64,000 nucleotides of DNA. Origin: Phoronis australis (taxonomy: Eukaryota > Animalia > Phoronida). Positions within the stretch are counted from its first letter, which is position 1; each line of letters opens with the position of its first letter. The translations under genes and the position numbers were made by a program. The stretch covers positions 1 through 64,000 of the forward strand of contig NMRA01000125.1 of assembly GCA_002633005.1 (NCBI GenBank). The letters are read 5' to 3'. Below, in pieces: positions 26,661-41,110 of the stretch. The notes beneath the pieces were generated by a model. The model worked only from the letters and a program-made list of their open reading frames with translations, ran no database searches and was not told the origin of the DNA.

Positions 26661-29600
26661 TTAGCTCTTCTCTCCGAGACCCTCTGGTCCCATGGCTAAG
26701 TTTCCACAGTCAACCGGTATATCGGCTCCGTCAATAAACATGGCGTCTTTACTGCACAGGAAGGTGACGGCCGAAGCGACACCAGCCGACGGTATCAATT
26801 GTTTGTTCATGTGATGCTTGTTTGCAACTTCTTGTAGGTCACTCGGCGATGACCCAACAAATTGCTTCATCTGAAAGGAAATGCAAATTGCAGGTTGTAA
26901 ATGGAAGCTAAAAAACAGGTAGACAACTTGAAATTATACGGGTGGTTCCTTCATGTCACCTTTAAACTGTTCAAAATGTCCAAATTGAACTCTTACTCTT
27001 ACTTAACAAAAACAAGGTGGCCAAATGTTTTCTTACGGTTCAAGACTGCTTAGTTTTGAGAAATGTATATAATTCCTGATATTATTGTTAGTTTTGGAAC
27101 ATAAATCGTGGAACGCAGTTGAGGCAATATTTCATTTCTCCTCGCGCAACTGAACTTATGTTCGCGACCCAAATATTTCATTTGCAACATCGCAAAAAAT
27201 TGTATTTTTCAATTGTGAAAATGAAATATTTTTCTAACGAAAACAAGTGAGACATGACGATGAAACGTGAAAAAACAAAAAATTCAAGCTGACGACCTCC
27301 CCAACTAATGGAGGTATAACAGTATGTAGGGGATTGGAAACTTATCGGGCGACGTAATCGAAGGCGCTATTGACATGCTACCGTTCTGAAGGCGTCTTCA
27401 GTCGATTTGGCATAAAAGTTATTTTGAATCCTTTTATCGATTTCTATCAATGTGTGATTAATAATAAACAACGCAACTCATTTAGCTAGCAGTAGCACAA
27501 TGCAAACAGATTTTTCCGATTGCATGGCTAAATTGATGTTTTAATAATTTTATTACCAGTTTCTATTTTCACTGCTCCATGTCCTTAAGCACATCTGTGG
27601 ACCCAGGCCCTAGCCCAAAAAAACGCGAAAAAATTCTGGAGGTATGCCTATTCTCGAGCATACACGGTCATTTTCCTTAAAGGCTGCGCCCTCACGCCGG
27701 GGGACTGAAAATCGGCGGGTGTTTCCACCGTTTAGCACAGTTGTCACAACGGAAAACGAAAGGACAACGCGAACTGGCTTACACGCACAGGACACTTCTG
27801 CCTTGAGAAATTGTTTTTTTATTAATTTTATTTTGATAGAATTTTCCAAATACGTTTTATAGTAAGTAAAATATGTCTTCAAAAAGCTGCGTTCCTATAA
27901 AGGCTTACATTATGTACTTCATTTAGTTATTTAAAAGTGTTTTCTATTCGTAATTTATTGATTTAAAGCTGTCTATTCACACCGTCTCTTCGTCCTTCGG
28001 GCTGCTTTCGGAATCTTTACCAACCATTACTGATATTTGACCACAACATTTCATGTATCTACAGTCTTACAGTCGGACTGTTATCAAAAAATTCTTATCT
28101 CGAAATGTTTACTCAGACTGAAATTTGATTTTTTCCAAAAATTAAAACCTACTAGCGGTGTCCATGTGTAACCAGGACTGATGCAGTTAACTCGTATTCC
28201 AGTCGTCGACAAATCTAGAGCCATGCATTTAGTCATCATGGTGACCGCAGCCTTTGTCATGCAGAAGCCAGAAATACCACGGACGGCATTATGGCCGTCA
28301 ATTGATCCGATATTCACCACTGAACAAGACGAAGCAACTGAAAATACATGTTCACAGGTTTAACTGTTACATTTAGTTTGACATCTTGAGGTTTCATCAT
28401 TAAAAAACATGATTTGGGAAATTGCATACCGCATAGACGAATCTCTTCACACATGTGCGGCAGCTGACTAGGACTGCCTTCAGTACATGGAAGACCCAAG
28501 TTCACCATATAGTCGTAAAACAGTCGTTGTTTTACGACATTGTCTAATTTTAAAACCTATGGATGTTTGTACAAGCTTGTTCCTTTTACTTCAGACGAGA
28601 TGTGGTTGGAAACAACTGACAGTTCCGTCGTGCTTGAGATGATGACTCGGCGTGCAAAATGACCCCCGTAACCAGAACACATCTGAGCAGTTTCCTGAGC
28701 ACTAACGAACTGACCGTTCGTCCCAAGTCTAAATGCTATCGACATATAAGTAGGGTAGAACAATTTGAAACTAATTACATAGCTGCAAATGGTTAACTAG
28801 GCCCAAAACGATCATTTCGAAAAAATGTGAGCAACAGCGACATCTTAAGTTACAATAATGCGGTCGCTGCCAAGCAGTAACTGGTCAAGAGAATGGCAAA
28901 AAAGTGAATCGATTGTTACTGCTAATCTTCGTGCATTCAACTAATACTTACCATCCTTCATAAACGGAAAACATGCCTGCACCATATTTGCTACGCCAAC
29001 CACGTTGACGGAGAGAATGCGTTCATAACCTTCAACAGGAACTTTCGATACGTCAACACAAAGCTCTACGAAAAAGAAGACGGGAATGATCCTTCATAAA
29101 AAGTAATCAGAATGCATGGATTTTGCATTAAGTCTAGTTAGTCGGAGGCCTGTTTTCTGCAACAAGAGTCAACAGCGGCACTTTTTTACTTCTGGCGCAC
29201 TGCAAAAAAGGAGATTCCTGGAAAAACCCCATATTAGTTCCGTGTGAAGTCGTTAGACTTTTTTATAAATATTTATGGGACGCCATGTAGATACTCACGA
29301 GCCCTTGGGTGGAATCGCAAAAACCGTTGAATCAAACACACCAAACGCAAAATCATGCGCATAACAAATTTTAATTTAAAAAAAATAATAGTAAAAGCAA
29401 ACTCATTAGAAAGAGAATCGCATCAATTTCTTCCACTTCATTGGGAAGCCTGTTCATAAAATACTTCGGGCGAATGAGTTTGCAGTCGTGAACATGCGTT
29501 TGTGTATGTAAAGTTGCGATTCGTAATTGTGAAATTTTAAGCTTTGAAAATTAAATCAGTTACCAAAGCAATTTTAGCAACACCTTATGACAAGCGCCGT

Positions 29601-31854
29601 TATGCGTTTTTGTCAAGATACTCTCCAATGCACATTCAACAATAAACGCCAGTAATGCATGGACGCTTCGACCGCACAAAGTAGAACTGGAACAAAATAA
29701 TACCAGTGCTTAGAGTCTTCTATATACTAAGACAGCAAACTAATGCATTTCGCTGCAGAATGAGTCAAGTGTCACGATTGAGGAGGGAATACATATCAAC
29801 GCGAAAAAACGATTATGTTAACGACCAATCAAAACTTTGTGCATTGTTCAAGAAATGAAAATCACTTCACCCACCTAGGGGACATAAACCGGCATTGTTC
29901 ACCAGGTAATGTATTTGCCCGCCATTGTCATCCGCCACCTTCTGCACGGCCTCAATGCAGCGACCTCTATCGGCAACATCCACCTGGTAAAATTTGACGT
30001 TTCGACCCATCTGCTGCAACTCACGAGCCACTTCATCTCCACGATCTTTGTCACGTGCAAATATGGCCACCGAAGCACCGTCATTACTAAAAAATGTTTA
30101 TCCGGTGAGAATTGTTATGATGACTTACAGGCTCTAAGTGGATAAATCTAGACCAATATAAGTGTAAATATAAAATGCTTACATAATTATTTTCAATGCG
30201 AGTGTGAACAAGCGTATAACATAGTAATTTTACTTTTCTTCTATTCCCGTTTAATAGTTATCACATGTTCACGTTGTTTCCAGTGCGTATCACAAGGTCA
30301 GCATTCGTAATAGGACATGCAGGGGTGAGGTCAGCCCTCACCTGGCACAATGTTAAATTTCAAATCATCACACCTCAGATTTTAATATGTGGCATGAAAA
30401 ACATTTTGAGCTCGTAACTGAACAGACTGAATGTAATGTGACAAAACACAACTCGCTTATGTATAAAAAGTTCTGTTGAAGATAGCATAACAATCACTGT
30501 ACTGGCGACCATTTCGCTAACATACGCTAGCTTACTCGCGAAAAAATCAACTTTAGAGAGTTTTCGCAAAGCGACGTGAACGTGAATTATATTGCATATA
30601 TAATTTCCACGTCATTCATGCCATTGTCGGCTTTTACGTAATGCCGTTAGTGTTTGCGTATTTAACGTGAATAGAGGGAGATTCATGTAGCTTTAATCGC
30701 GACACCTGTGGGCCCTTTTTAATTCTTATTCGGCAAGACTCCGAAACGATTTTTATTTTGATGGGATTTTCAATCTTTCTTCTTTGCTTCAATATAAAAT
30801 GAATGCGATTTTTGTCTATAAATGTTCAAAAAGTCCAGCTGAAGAAAGGCCTTTTTCCAAAATCCTTATTATGTCGAGTTCGCTGCATATCATCGAACTA
30901 GAATGGATTTTAAATGATATGATTTTGTGTTCACTGTTAATTTTTTACATGCTTAATTTACATGCATCTATTTATTTTAAACTGAAAATGAATTACGCAA
31001 TATAAGAGTTGGTCATTTGTCACAGGAGTTTGTTGAAACCACTTTTTCACATTCAACATATATTCCCATCTTGTATACCTGTAGCAGAATGGAATATAGT
31101 AAAATACAATACAATTAAACAAAACATATTTCATTCAAGCTCCTGTAAAACGTACATGTACCGATTGTCAACAACTTTCTCAAAGAAAAACATGATGCAG
31201 AGCTGAAAATACGAGAGCAAGAGATAACACTGGAACGAGAAAAGATTGAAATAGAGACGAACGAAATGGAAAAGAGGCTTGAAATGGAGAAGAAAGGGAG
31301 AGGTGGCTAGCTCGTCGTTAAATTAACCCAAAAAAATATTAAACTGGATTGACTGATTTGTTTTAGATGTTATGAGAATGAAAATAAAATAAGTTGCATT
31401 CGCAGAGTGGTTTGTAAGTAGTTAGTAATCTAGCGGATATGTACTGCGATAACTGGACACCCTGAGCTCAGTTATTCGGTTCACGTTTACTTTCACGTTC
31501 ACGTAAAAATTTAGCTGCTGCGAAACCCATTTTTCTTATGGTAACGTGAATCGGCACACGCAATTATATGTGCGTGATAACTCACGTTCACGTCGCTTTG
31601 CGAAATCTCTCTTTTTATTCACTCGCTGATTTTATGCGATGTCGCCTCTCGCCGGCTAGATACTCGCTCTACGTTACGCATGTACCCCAGCAAACACACC
31701 TGAACCTTTCTACCACAGCTCGACCAATACCAATACTTCCTCCTGTGACTATGGCAACCTTTCCCGCAAAACGCCCTTTGGTAAGCGGAGAATCCAGTTC
31801 CGGCTGTGGATAGAGCGTATGGTACTCCTCCGTAGAATACGAAGACTCTGCCAT
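26661..31854 (-). CDS. Classical SDR paralog C, 5 exons, 291 aa, catalytic Tyr replaced by Phe
   Basis: Exons 31700-31854, 29875-30086, 28952-29065, 28153-28337 and 26661-26870 (155/212/114/185/210 nt, all GT-AG, open frame). Motifs TGGSIGIG, VDVAD, LVNNAG, NIGS, FCMTK, IRVNCISPG and G.DIPVD.G. Confidence 0.92.
30555..31612. mobile_element. Non-autonomous PIF/Harbinger-like DNA transposon in intron 1 of SDR copy C
   Basis: 31-bp terminal inverted repeats agagagttttcgcaaagcgacgtgaacgtga (30/31 match), flanked by TTT on both sides. The element is absent from the homologous intron position of copy B (about 40294-40313). It carries an internal coiled-coil coding remnant at 31164-31310. Confidence 0.8.
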
Positions 31855-34286
31855 CAGGTGCAGACAACCCGGGCAAGCAAGCGTTCCTACTCACAAGGCT
31901 GTCACAATTCAGATAATAAACCACAAACTAGGTCACTGATCAATAATTTATGATCTGATATGAACTGCAACGGTGGCATCGTATATTTGTTCACGCGTCC
32001 CGTGACATGACCCCGGACTAGGTCATTGTCATTAACTACGGAACATCCCATATATGACACTTCCGTTGACGTCATTTCATTTTACATTTTATTGTATATT
32101 GCATTTTACTTGGGACCCTAAATTCATGTATTTGGGGGCATGCTTCAGTAGCGGATAAATGTTTTCTGTAAGGGGGATTCAGAATCCGAGGCGCGTACCG
32201 AGGCGCGCGTAGCACCGAGCGGGGGTTGGGTGTGGGGGGGGGGTTACCCGCCTCCCGTATAAAGAATTTCTTGCCTTTGTAGCCAATAGTGCAATTTCCA
32301 TGAATTCTGGCCAGTTGTGGCATTTAACGTGTCTCTGGGGTTTTTCTTAAGCCAAAACCCTTTCGTCTCATCATAGACTATAGATAACTAGTATTTATGG
32401 TCTCAAGAACTCGGCTCGTAAGTTCCGCACTAATGTTTGTGCTCATCTGGGTATGAATCACGCCACCAGCAAAATTTTATAGTTGGAACATCTGTCTTCA
32501 CACACCGATTTTAGCATTAGAAAGTCGTACACGAAAAAGTGAAGTGTGTATACAGGGATTTAGACAACTACCAAATGTTCAAGAGCATAAAAAGCACCGA
32601 CGGCCACGTAAAAACATGAAGCATTTGAATGTCAGATGATCGCGTGACAGCACCTCCTTCTAGTTGTTAAGAACGAAGATCGGCACCCGGTTACGCCCGG
32701 AAATAAATAGATGTTCAGTCTCGTTAAGAGAAAAATGACAAACGATTGTGATCTCGGCGCATAGTCTATTATTAAAAGCGACAATAAGCACTTACATATA
32801 ATTTTATTAAGCTGAATCACGTTGGCTGTTGGGCTACCGTACGTCGCAACAATTGAAAAAAAATCAAATGTATCCAGAAACAAATCACCTGAAAACATTT
32901 TCACTGTGGTGAAAAGATATCAGTTCACAGAGCGGCCAGATGTACACTGAGAGTCATTCTCTACACAAATAAGCTGGCCTGGTCCGTCGCGAGACAAAAC
33001 GTACACCGTGCTAAATGTATCCGTAATCTACAAAAATAGTCGATCTGTCGCCGGACCAAAAGTACTGAAAGAGTAAATAATTTTACGCCCGGGCGTATAA
33101 ACGAAAAGCTATGAAAATATCATCGTGTTTTTGCGTGAAACTTTTTATTTTCAAGCTATTAATTCCAAGTTCGCCAAAACTGTATTCTTTGTTAACAAAT
33201 AGTATTTGCTCCACAAAACTGAATTTGTGACCACAAGTTGACCTTGAATGGACTTTTAAGATGATTTTTTTCGAACAAACGTCCCAATGTCTGAACACTT
33301 GAAACCCGAAGTTGTAACACCAAATAAACGACCATGGGCATGGAGGTTTCATTGGGTGGGCCTTTCTGCGGAAATTCCCGGTAGTGCTAAGGTCGGAACC
33401 AAGGGTCATGTGCGGGGCTGAAATGGATATTTAGGAGGCCTATTGAATACCGCAAGACTAGTTGAGAAAGTACAGCCTACTCGCTATATCTGGTACTCCA
33501 CACTGTTCGCGAATGCGGTCACCTTGTCAGCGTAAGTGCCCCCACCCTCGGGTTCATTTACTTGTTAGAGTACATCTTGAAACGGACTGACGACCAAACC
33601 ACAGCGCCCGCCACAACGGCCTGGCCAAACAATTCTTCGGAAAACGAGTTGTTCGTTTTTTTGAAATTAACACATTACATGTACACTGTATGTTTATTGC
33701 GCAAGATAACTTTATTATACAGTAGTCAAATTCAAGTTACAAACGTGTGGAGAGTAATAGCATGACAATTAGGCATGGCAGATTAGGTAGAACGTTGTCG
33801 ATTCAGCTGAATAGGGTTGCGGTACCACAGTATTTTGCCTAAGTAATCATGTCAAAACATATCTTGAAGTAAAGACGTTAGGTGCCTAAAAAATCAGTTG
33901 TGAGTCTTTGCTTTTTCGCGGCGGATCTATGTAAAGCGCTTGGCTGCTTCAGAAGTGCCGACGGAAACGCGCCCATACGTGATTTGCCGCTGAGCATTAA
34001 AAACTCGAAATATCTTTGTTTCCGTGATTACAGTAAATCACAATGTAAAGAAATTATATTTTTCAGGGTGAACCTCCCCCCCCCTTTAATTTTTCGTTTA
34101 TCTTTGTCATTTTTGTGTACGAGGCACGCGCGTATTTGTGTGTATGGTAGTTACGTTTCCTGCGCGTGCAAACACGTTTCTGATGGCCATCAAAGACACC
34201 TTGGCCTGCAACTTCCTCACCACACAATATCTACACTGTATGCCTTAAATCCATGTACCTTCCGGCTAGCGGGATAAATCCAAGTG

Positions 34287-37200
34287 TTAATTGTTAGAAC
34301 AGTCTCCTAACCCCTCTGGTCCCATAGCTAAGTTTCCACAGTCAACCGGTATGTCGGCTCCGTCAATAAACATGGCGTCCTTGCTGCACAGGAAGGCAAC
34401 GACCGAAGCGACGCCTGACGCCTGAATCAATTGTTTGGTCATGTGACACTTGTTAAGTTGTTCTTGCAGATCAGTAGACGATGACCCAAAAGTTTGCTGG
34501 AGCTGAAACAGTTGCAGATTGTACAGGGAAGCTATAGTAATAAAATAGTACTCATGATTTACACGAAACCAAAGGGATCAGATATTTCCCGACTTTCATA
34601 ATTTTGAGAAGTGGATATAAAACATGATAGTGTTGTTAGTTATTACATATCAGGGGCGGATCCAGGATTTTGAGTTAGGGGGGGGCCAGGGCACAGGAAT
34701 CACCAGAATTTCGGCAGATGCGCGCGCCCAGCCTAAAATGTAAGGATACAGGTTTCGAATTTTTGGGTTTGCGGACCTTTTGACTAAAACAAAGGTAAAC
34801 GGGGTTTGTTNCCTCCCCCCCCTAAATCCGCCACTGCATATATCGGGGAATGCAGGTCAAGCCATGGTTTGTTTTTCCTCGTGCAACCTACCTTATGCTC
34901 TCGACCCAAAATACTGTATTTACAATCTGACGAACGAAATGTGTTTTAGTTAGGCAACTTTTAATTGTCATGAAAGATCTTTGAATCTTTTTATTGGTTT
35001 GTTATTAATAAAAAGTCCAACGCTGTGAGCAAGACCTCGCCCAATGCAAACGCAGTTTGCCCGAATAGCCAAATCGATGCTGTAATACTTCTCTTTTTAT
35101 TACCAATTTCTGTTTTCATTGCTCCAAGTCTATAGGCCGATTTAGGAACCCGGGCCCCCACCCCTACAAACACGATAAAAAATGACAAAGGGATATCCAA
35201 TCCCCAGCTGGAGGTTTCCTCTGAAAACCTTGAACTTGTGGGTCGGTCACATCTCTGAGTTAAGGATATTTTTTATTAATTTTTGTTTTGACAAAAATCG
35301 ACTAAAAGGTTCCAGTTACCTTTTGTAGAGAGTAAGATATGTATACTAAAACTTGTTTTTATTCCTGCTCTTACCCGCATTATGTTTTGCTGTTATTTTC
35401 ACAGTTATGCACAGTCCAGATACATTCACTAACATGCGCCAACATATAAGGATCGATACTTCGTTTCCTTGATTAATTCCAAAAGAAGAAGGTTTAAAAT
35501 GCTAAAATGTTACATTTTAGCATTATTTCGTAGAATATTGGTCTAAAACTGCCGATTCTCCAGACAGCGCCATCTTTTGGAGCATGTACTAACTTATATT
35601 CTCCAGTCGGAAAACTTTCCGAACTGGACGAACCGGTTTTTAGAGATACTATTTCCGTTTTAAACAAAAACTTCAGAAAGAGGCTTTAACGCCATATGTA
35701 ATAAGTTTTCCGCGGAAAACCCTCGCTCACTCTTTAAAACGATTTAAAATTAATAGTAAAATAAGGAAACACAAACAGGGCTACACGTTAAGAAGTGTTT
35801 ATATTTTAGTAATATCTTTGAACTGACGAAACTCGTCCTGTGATCTAAATTGAAGAATGTAAAGGGAAAGGTATCTTTAAAAAAATATTCTGAAATGTTT
35901 ACTCAGACTGAGTTTTGATTTCTTTCGGAAAGGTAAAACCTACTAGCGGTGTCCATATGTAACCAGGACTGATGCAGTTAACTCGTATTCCGGTCGCCGA
36001 CAAATCTAGAGCCATGCATTTAGTCATCATGGTGACTGCAGCCTTCGTCGTGCAGTAGCCAGACAAACGGCGTATGGCATGGTGGCCGTAAACTGATCCG
36101 ATATTCACCACTGAACAAGACGGTCCATCTGAAAATACGGTACGTATAAACAAGGCAGTTTAGAAATACACTCCCGAGATTTAACATTAAACTTTAAAAA
36201 AGCCTTGATTTGGGAATTTGTACACTTGGCGACAGACGAGCGTATTTAGACCTTCCCGATACCTGACTAGCATTGTGTTCAATAAACAGACGCTCTTACA
36301 TGTTCGTGGACGTCACTGAATTTGCCAAATAACCGTGTAGCAGTCATTGTTTTACGATATTGTCTAAATTTTAAAATTGCAGGGGTCGTTTTAGAAAAAG
36401 GTATTGGTGAATTGTCCAGCAGGGTCTCAAATCTACAGGCCAATTTGGAAGTCTTATGGGCCCGTTGGTTTGGCGGATACAGAGGCGGGCGACAAGTCAT
36501 ACCAAAAATTAAAATGAACTCTAGGTTGTGCGGAATACGTCAAATTTGTCCGAAAAATGAGACGTAGCCGTCGTCTCCTTAATAGAAACATATTTGCCAA
36601 ATGTCATGAAAATCCATCCCAAGACACAGAGGCAAACACAACAAACTAAATTGCTACTAGAGGCACAGCGGTACTTGCATCGGTCCGAAATTCGTTGTCG
36701 TCTGTCTTCTGCTTCATAGGAATGCATCTGCCAAATCTCATTCAGACCCGACAAGGGGATTAGGAGATACAGCAGCGGACTTCGAATGACGGACGCCGGG
36801 CGCACGACGGCCAGACAGGGTTGGCAGTAATATGCACCCACTTATAAATATAAGGGTGCATAAACAGAAAACCTGGAAATATAACTGAAACTGTAAAAAC
36901 GTAAATTGGCATCGTGCAACGAAATTAATCCGTTTTCAAAAGGATTTCGATCTTTATGGAATAAGGGGTGGCTTTTGAGAAACCCATATAAATTTTGCAT
37001 TTTGCCAAAAACTACTTCCGTGGCCCCCACATTTTTGGAAATTTGCAGTAGACAGTTGAATTTCCTCAAAGAGACACTATCGGTGTCAACAGTGATTTTC
37101 TGAGATCATCCTCAGTGCGGAATCGACACGCAACACCAATCCCAACAACTGCAACCGCTGCAGGACGAGATGTTTCCAATTCGATAAATGGCAGAGTTTT

Positions 37201-40200
37201 TAAGCGTATTTCATGATAAAGTCAAGGGTCCTGATTTTGGCGAATGGGTTAAAATTGTGGATGTGTAATGATTTCAGAAAAATACAGCGGGTAGCTCTAG
37301 TCTAAGCTAGTAAAATGAAAACCGGCGTACATCCAAGCACTACTTACCATCCTTCATAAATGGAAAGCATGCCTGCACCATATTTACTTCGCTAATCACG
37401 TTGACGGAAAGAATGCGTTCATAACCTTCAACAGGAACTTTCGATACGTCAGTCCAAAGATCTGTGAGAAAGAAGGCGGTATTAATCTTTCATGAAAAAA
37501 GTGTTCATAAAAGCGTGAGGTTCCTTTCACCAAAGTCAACAAGTCGGAAGACTGTTTTCTGCGATAAGAGTCAAGAGTGACAAATTTCTAACTTCTGGTG
37601 CACTGAAAAATAAACTTTGGTATTTCTGGAAAAATAAAAACACCCACATTCATATTTCAGAATATTCTTGGAAATATTTTGGGACACCCTGTAGATACTC
37701 ACGAGCCCTTGGGTGGAATCGCACAAACCGTTGAACCAAACACATCAAACGCAAACTCACGCGCACACCAAAAATCACAAAACGAAAACTCATTCGCACA
37801 AGAATTGGGTAGTTTACGACATAGAACTTGAAGAACCACTTCTCATTGGTAGCCTTATTCATCAAATACTTCGTGCGGATGAGTTTGCTGTCGTAAGCAC
37901 AATTTTTGTCGTGTGTATAAAACTTCGATTTTTATTTATCATTCATGTGAAGCTTGGAAAATAAAGACAATTACCATGGGAATTCCAATATGACAAGCCG
38001 CATTTTGCACTTTCGTCAAGATACTTCCCAATGCACATTCAAGAATAATCGCCAGTAATGCATGGAATGGACGCTCCAACCACCCAACCGATTGAACCGA
38101 AAATAATGCATGTGCTTATAGTCTTCAAAGGCAGCAAAGTAATGCATTCCGCCGCACACTGAATCAAGTGCCACGTCACTCTGCGGAAGGAATAAAAATA
38201 AGAAAAAAAACTGATTATGGAACCAGCTAACTAAAACTTTGTGCATTGTTCAAGAAATTAAAATCACTTCATTCACCTTGGGGGTTGATTCCAGCATTGT
38301 TCACAAGGTAATGAATTTGTCCGCCATTGTCATCCGCCACCTGTCTCACGGCCTCAAAGCAGCGATCTCTATCGGCAACATCCACTTGGTAAAATTTGAC
38401 GTTTCGACCCATCTGCTGCAACTCACGAGCCACTTCATCTCCACGATCTTTGTCACGTGCAAATATGGCCACCGATGCACCATCATTACTAAAGAAATAT
38501 TTTGGAGAGAGCATCGGGAATTGTTGGGATATCATCATGCGTTATAAGTAGATAAAACTAGGCCAATGTAAATGTACTACAAACCTTTTAGATCCGAATG
38601 AATGTGACTTTGAATGAGCCTACGTATAGAAATATACTATTGTACATGTAATTCATAAATTGCTTATTCATTGGGTATGAATGGTGTGAGATGATAAAAG
38701 AACTTTTAAGGCATGAGTCCCAGTCAGTGCCCATCTTGACGAATAGTCGACAACCTCTACTCGCCGTACGCGACATAAATTTTGCTAGAGAAGCCAGCTG
38801 GCATTTTTTCAGGGCAGCCATGCACGTAACCATAGCTTCAGTCTTGCAGGCATTTCTCGTCTGAACTGACTTTTTACGAACGGTGAAGTCCAACGATCCG
38901 ATTCAAACACGGGCAGTTTTGGCCATGGAAAAGGCAAAATTTTTCCTGAGTCTATCCACCCTTGGCTTCAATGGTGCAATATCAAGACCCGGTCGATTAA
39001 GCACTCCTGTTATTGTTGTTTTATGCATTCCTCATGTCAGTGTAGGCTATTCAAATAACAACAAAAACTTGATTTCGTCGCTCTGTTGCACCAGTTAAAT
39101 CGAGTATTAACAAAGAGAATTTGATATTTGAAACCAGTATATTCGTATCAAAGACTCAGTAGTGAAAGCAGCCTAGCACAAAATTCGTCACTTGTGTCAA
39201 TTGGCGAAATATCAAAAACATTTATCATTGAGCAACACCTGTTGTATATTATATTTTGAATGGCAGGAGATGAAATGTTTTCCTGACTTTTGCTCAATGC
39301 ACCAGGTTTACATAAAAAACACATACAGCCAGTCTAAGCAGATTGTTCTCTCATAACGTAACTTAAAAAAGAAACTGCCTGCAAACCACTTTTACTTGTC
39401 GTTCTTGCATTCCCCTTGACCCCCCGTGCCGTGTGCAAATTCGTTCCATTCAACTGTCCCAGTCTCAACAAGTTTCCCAAGCCAATCCCATTCCCAATTT
39501 GTGACTACGCGATCGTACTTATAATTGCAGTGGCCAAACGCTTATCATTTGCTGCATTGTGCGTTGCACCACCCAAAGCTAAGGTTTTGTTTCTGCAAAA
39601 AACAGGCTAAATGACGTGTTTCACGAGGTTTCTTCCAATAACCCCGTGTAAATATTTACATGGACTTGAACAGGTTATGTGTCTATTTGTTCATGTATTA
39701 GAAATGGTTTTCCCAAGTCAGAAAATGCAGAAGTGTCGGTAACTGTCGACTCCAATGGACACGGGCTACTCATTTCATAGCCAAAAGCTCCGTGAGGACA
39801 AATGTACGTTTGATAAATTAAAATTTTACCAAATCGTGTTTCACCGGCTATGGCTGGGCTCCATAATGCAAAATTCGTAAGAAAAGGTAAGACCACGCAC
39901 GTTTTCGCAAGACATCGCCATGCATTTCAAAGGAAGCACGCACTCACATTAGCGTTAGTCGCGAATGTCTTACGTCTATGGAATATCAGCGTTAATTCCG
40001 CGTTCGCTAATATACCTCATTTCATTACACACAGGTCAGGTCAAAACGGGTGACCGCAAACTGTACTGCAGCTAAAAATGTCTGTTCAGTCTCAGAGGGA
40101 GACTAGGCAATTCTACATAAACTTCAAGGATACGTTCTGTACGCAGGGCACCTGCAAAACGCATGCACCGAGAAATCGCCGCGCTTATGGACTGGAAATC

Positions 40201-40611
40201 ATCACAGCGTCGTCGTTCGATCACTCTGCTGGCAGCCAATTTGCTAACCAGTACGCTATATTAATGTCTCGATTGAGCTTACTGGCAAAATAATCAACTA
40301 TCATTCACTCGCTTAGAAAAAAATAGGTTGCTCCCCACCTCCTCAAAGTACACATGCTCTGACCTACGACCCACCGCCCATATTTTGTATGATGTCGCTC
40401 AGTCTCACAAGAAACTCTCGTTCAACGTTAGGCATGTGCCCTAATAAACGCACCTGAGCCTTTCTACCACAGCGCGACCAATACCAAGGCTTCCTCCTGT
40501 GACTATGGCAACCTTTCCCTCAAAACGACCTTTGGTAAGCGGAGAATCCAGTTCCGGCTGTGGAAAGAGCGCATGGTACTCCTGCGCAGAATACGAACAC
40601 CCTGCCATCAT
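34287..40611 (-). CDS. Classical SDR paralog B, 5 exons, 293-294 aa, intact N-S-Y-K tetrad, probably NADP(H)-preferring
   Basis: Exons 40454-40611 (ATG at 40611 or 40608), 38277-38488, 37348-37461, 35944-36128 and 34287-34502. Motifs TGGSLGIG, IFARD (basic residue after beta-2), LVNNAG, SVNV, NIGSV, YCTTK, IRVNCISPGY and a C-terminal LAMGPEGLG. Confidence 0.93.
34651..34836. mobile_element. MITE in intron 4 of SDR copy B
   Basis: Ends caggggcggatccagg ... cctaaatccgccactg, flanked by a catat direct repeat. The element is absent at the homologous site in intron 4 of copy C (about 27085-27110). Confidence 0.8.
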
Positions 40612-40972
40612 AGGATTCAACTATGTGCAGACAGACTCCGTCAAGGTTGTCGACGTTCGTAGTACGATAAAATTAGGTCACGTTCTGATCTAATATCAGC
40701 TGCCTGAACCTCGGCTTACCGCCTTAGGTCAGGCATAAGATGGTGCCTGCCCTAAATTCTCGCGCATTGTGTTGGCTGATATAAGGCTAAAACAACATAG
40801 TTCTGTTCTCGTACATCCGGGGTTTGTACCACGACTCATTTTGACAGTGCGCTCACTGACTAAAATACTAAACTAAAAAAACCCGCCGACATCGCAGCCG
40901 TTGTTTTTTAAAAAATTGCACAAAAGCACGTAAGCAAGGTTTGAAATAAGCAGTACCCGCCTGTAAAAATAC

Positions 40973-41110
40973 ATAGGCGGATTTAGGGGCGGGCAGCGGC
41001 CCCGCCCCCCACCCACCCTTGGCTGCTGCCAAAATAAAACAGGAAGACAGCAAGAGCGTGGGGGAAAATATTGAGTTTACTGATTAACCCTGTATCCTAG
41101 ATCCGCCTGT
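40973..41110. mobile_element. Short MITE
   Basis: Ends ataggcggatttagggg ... cctagatccgcctgt are inverted. Confidence 0.6.
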
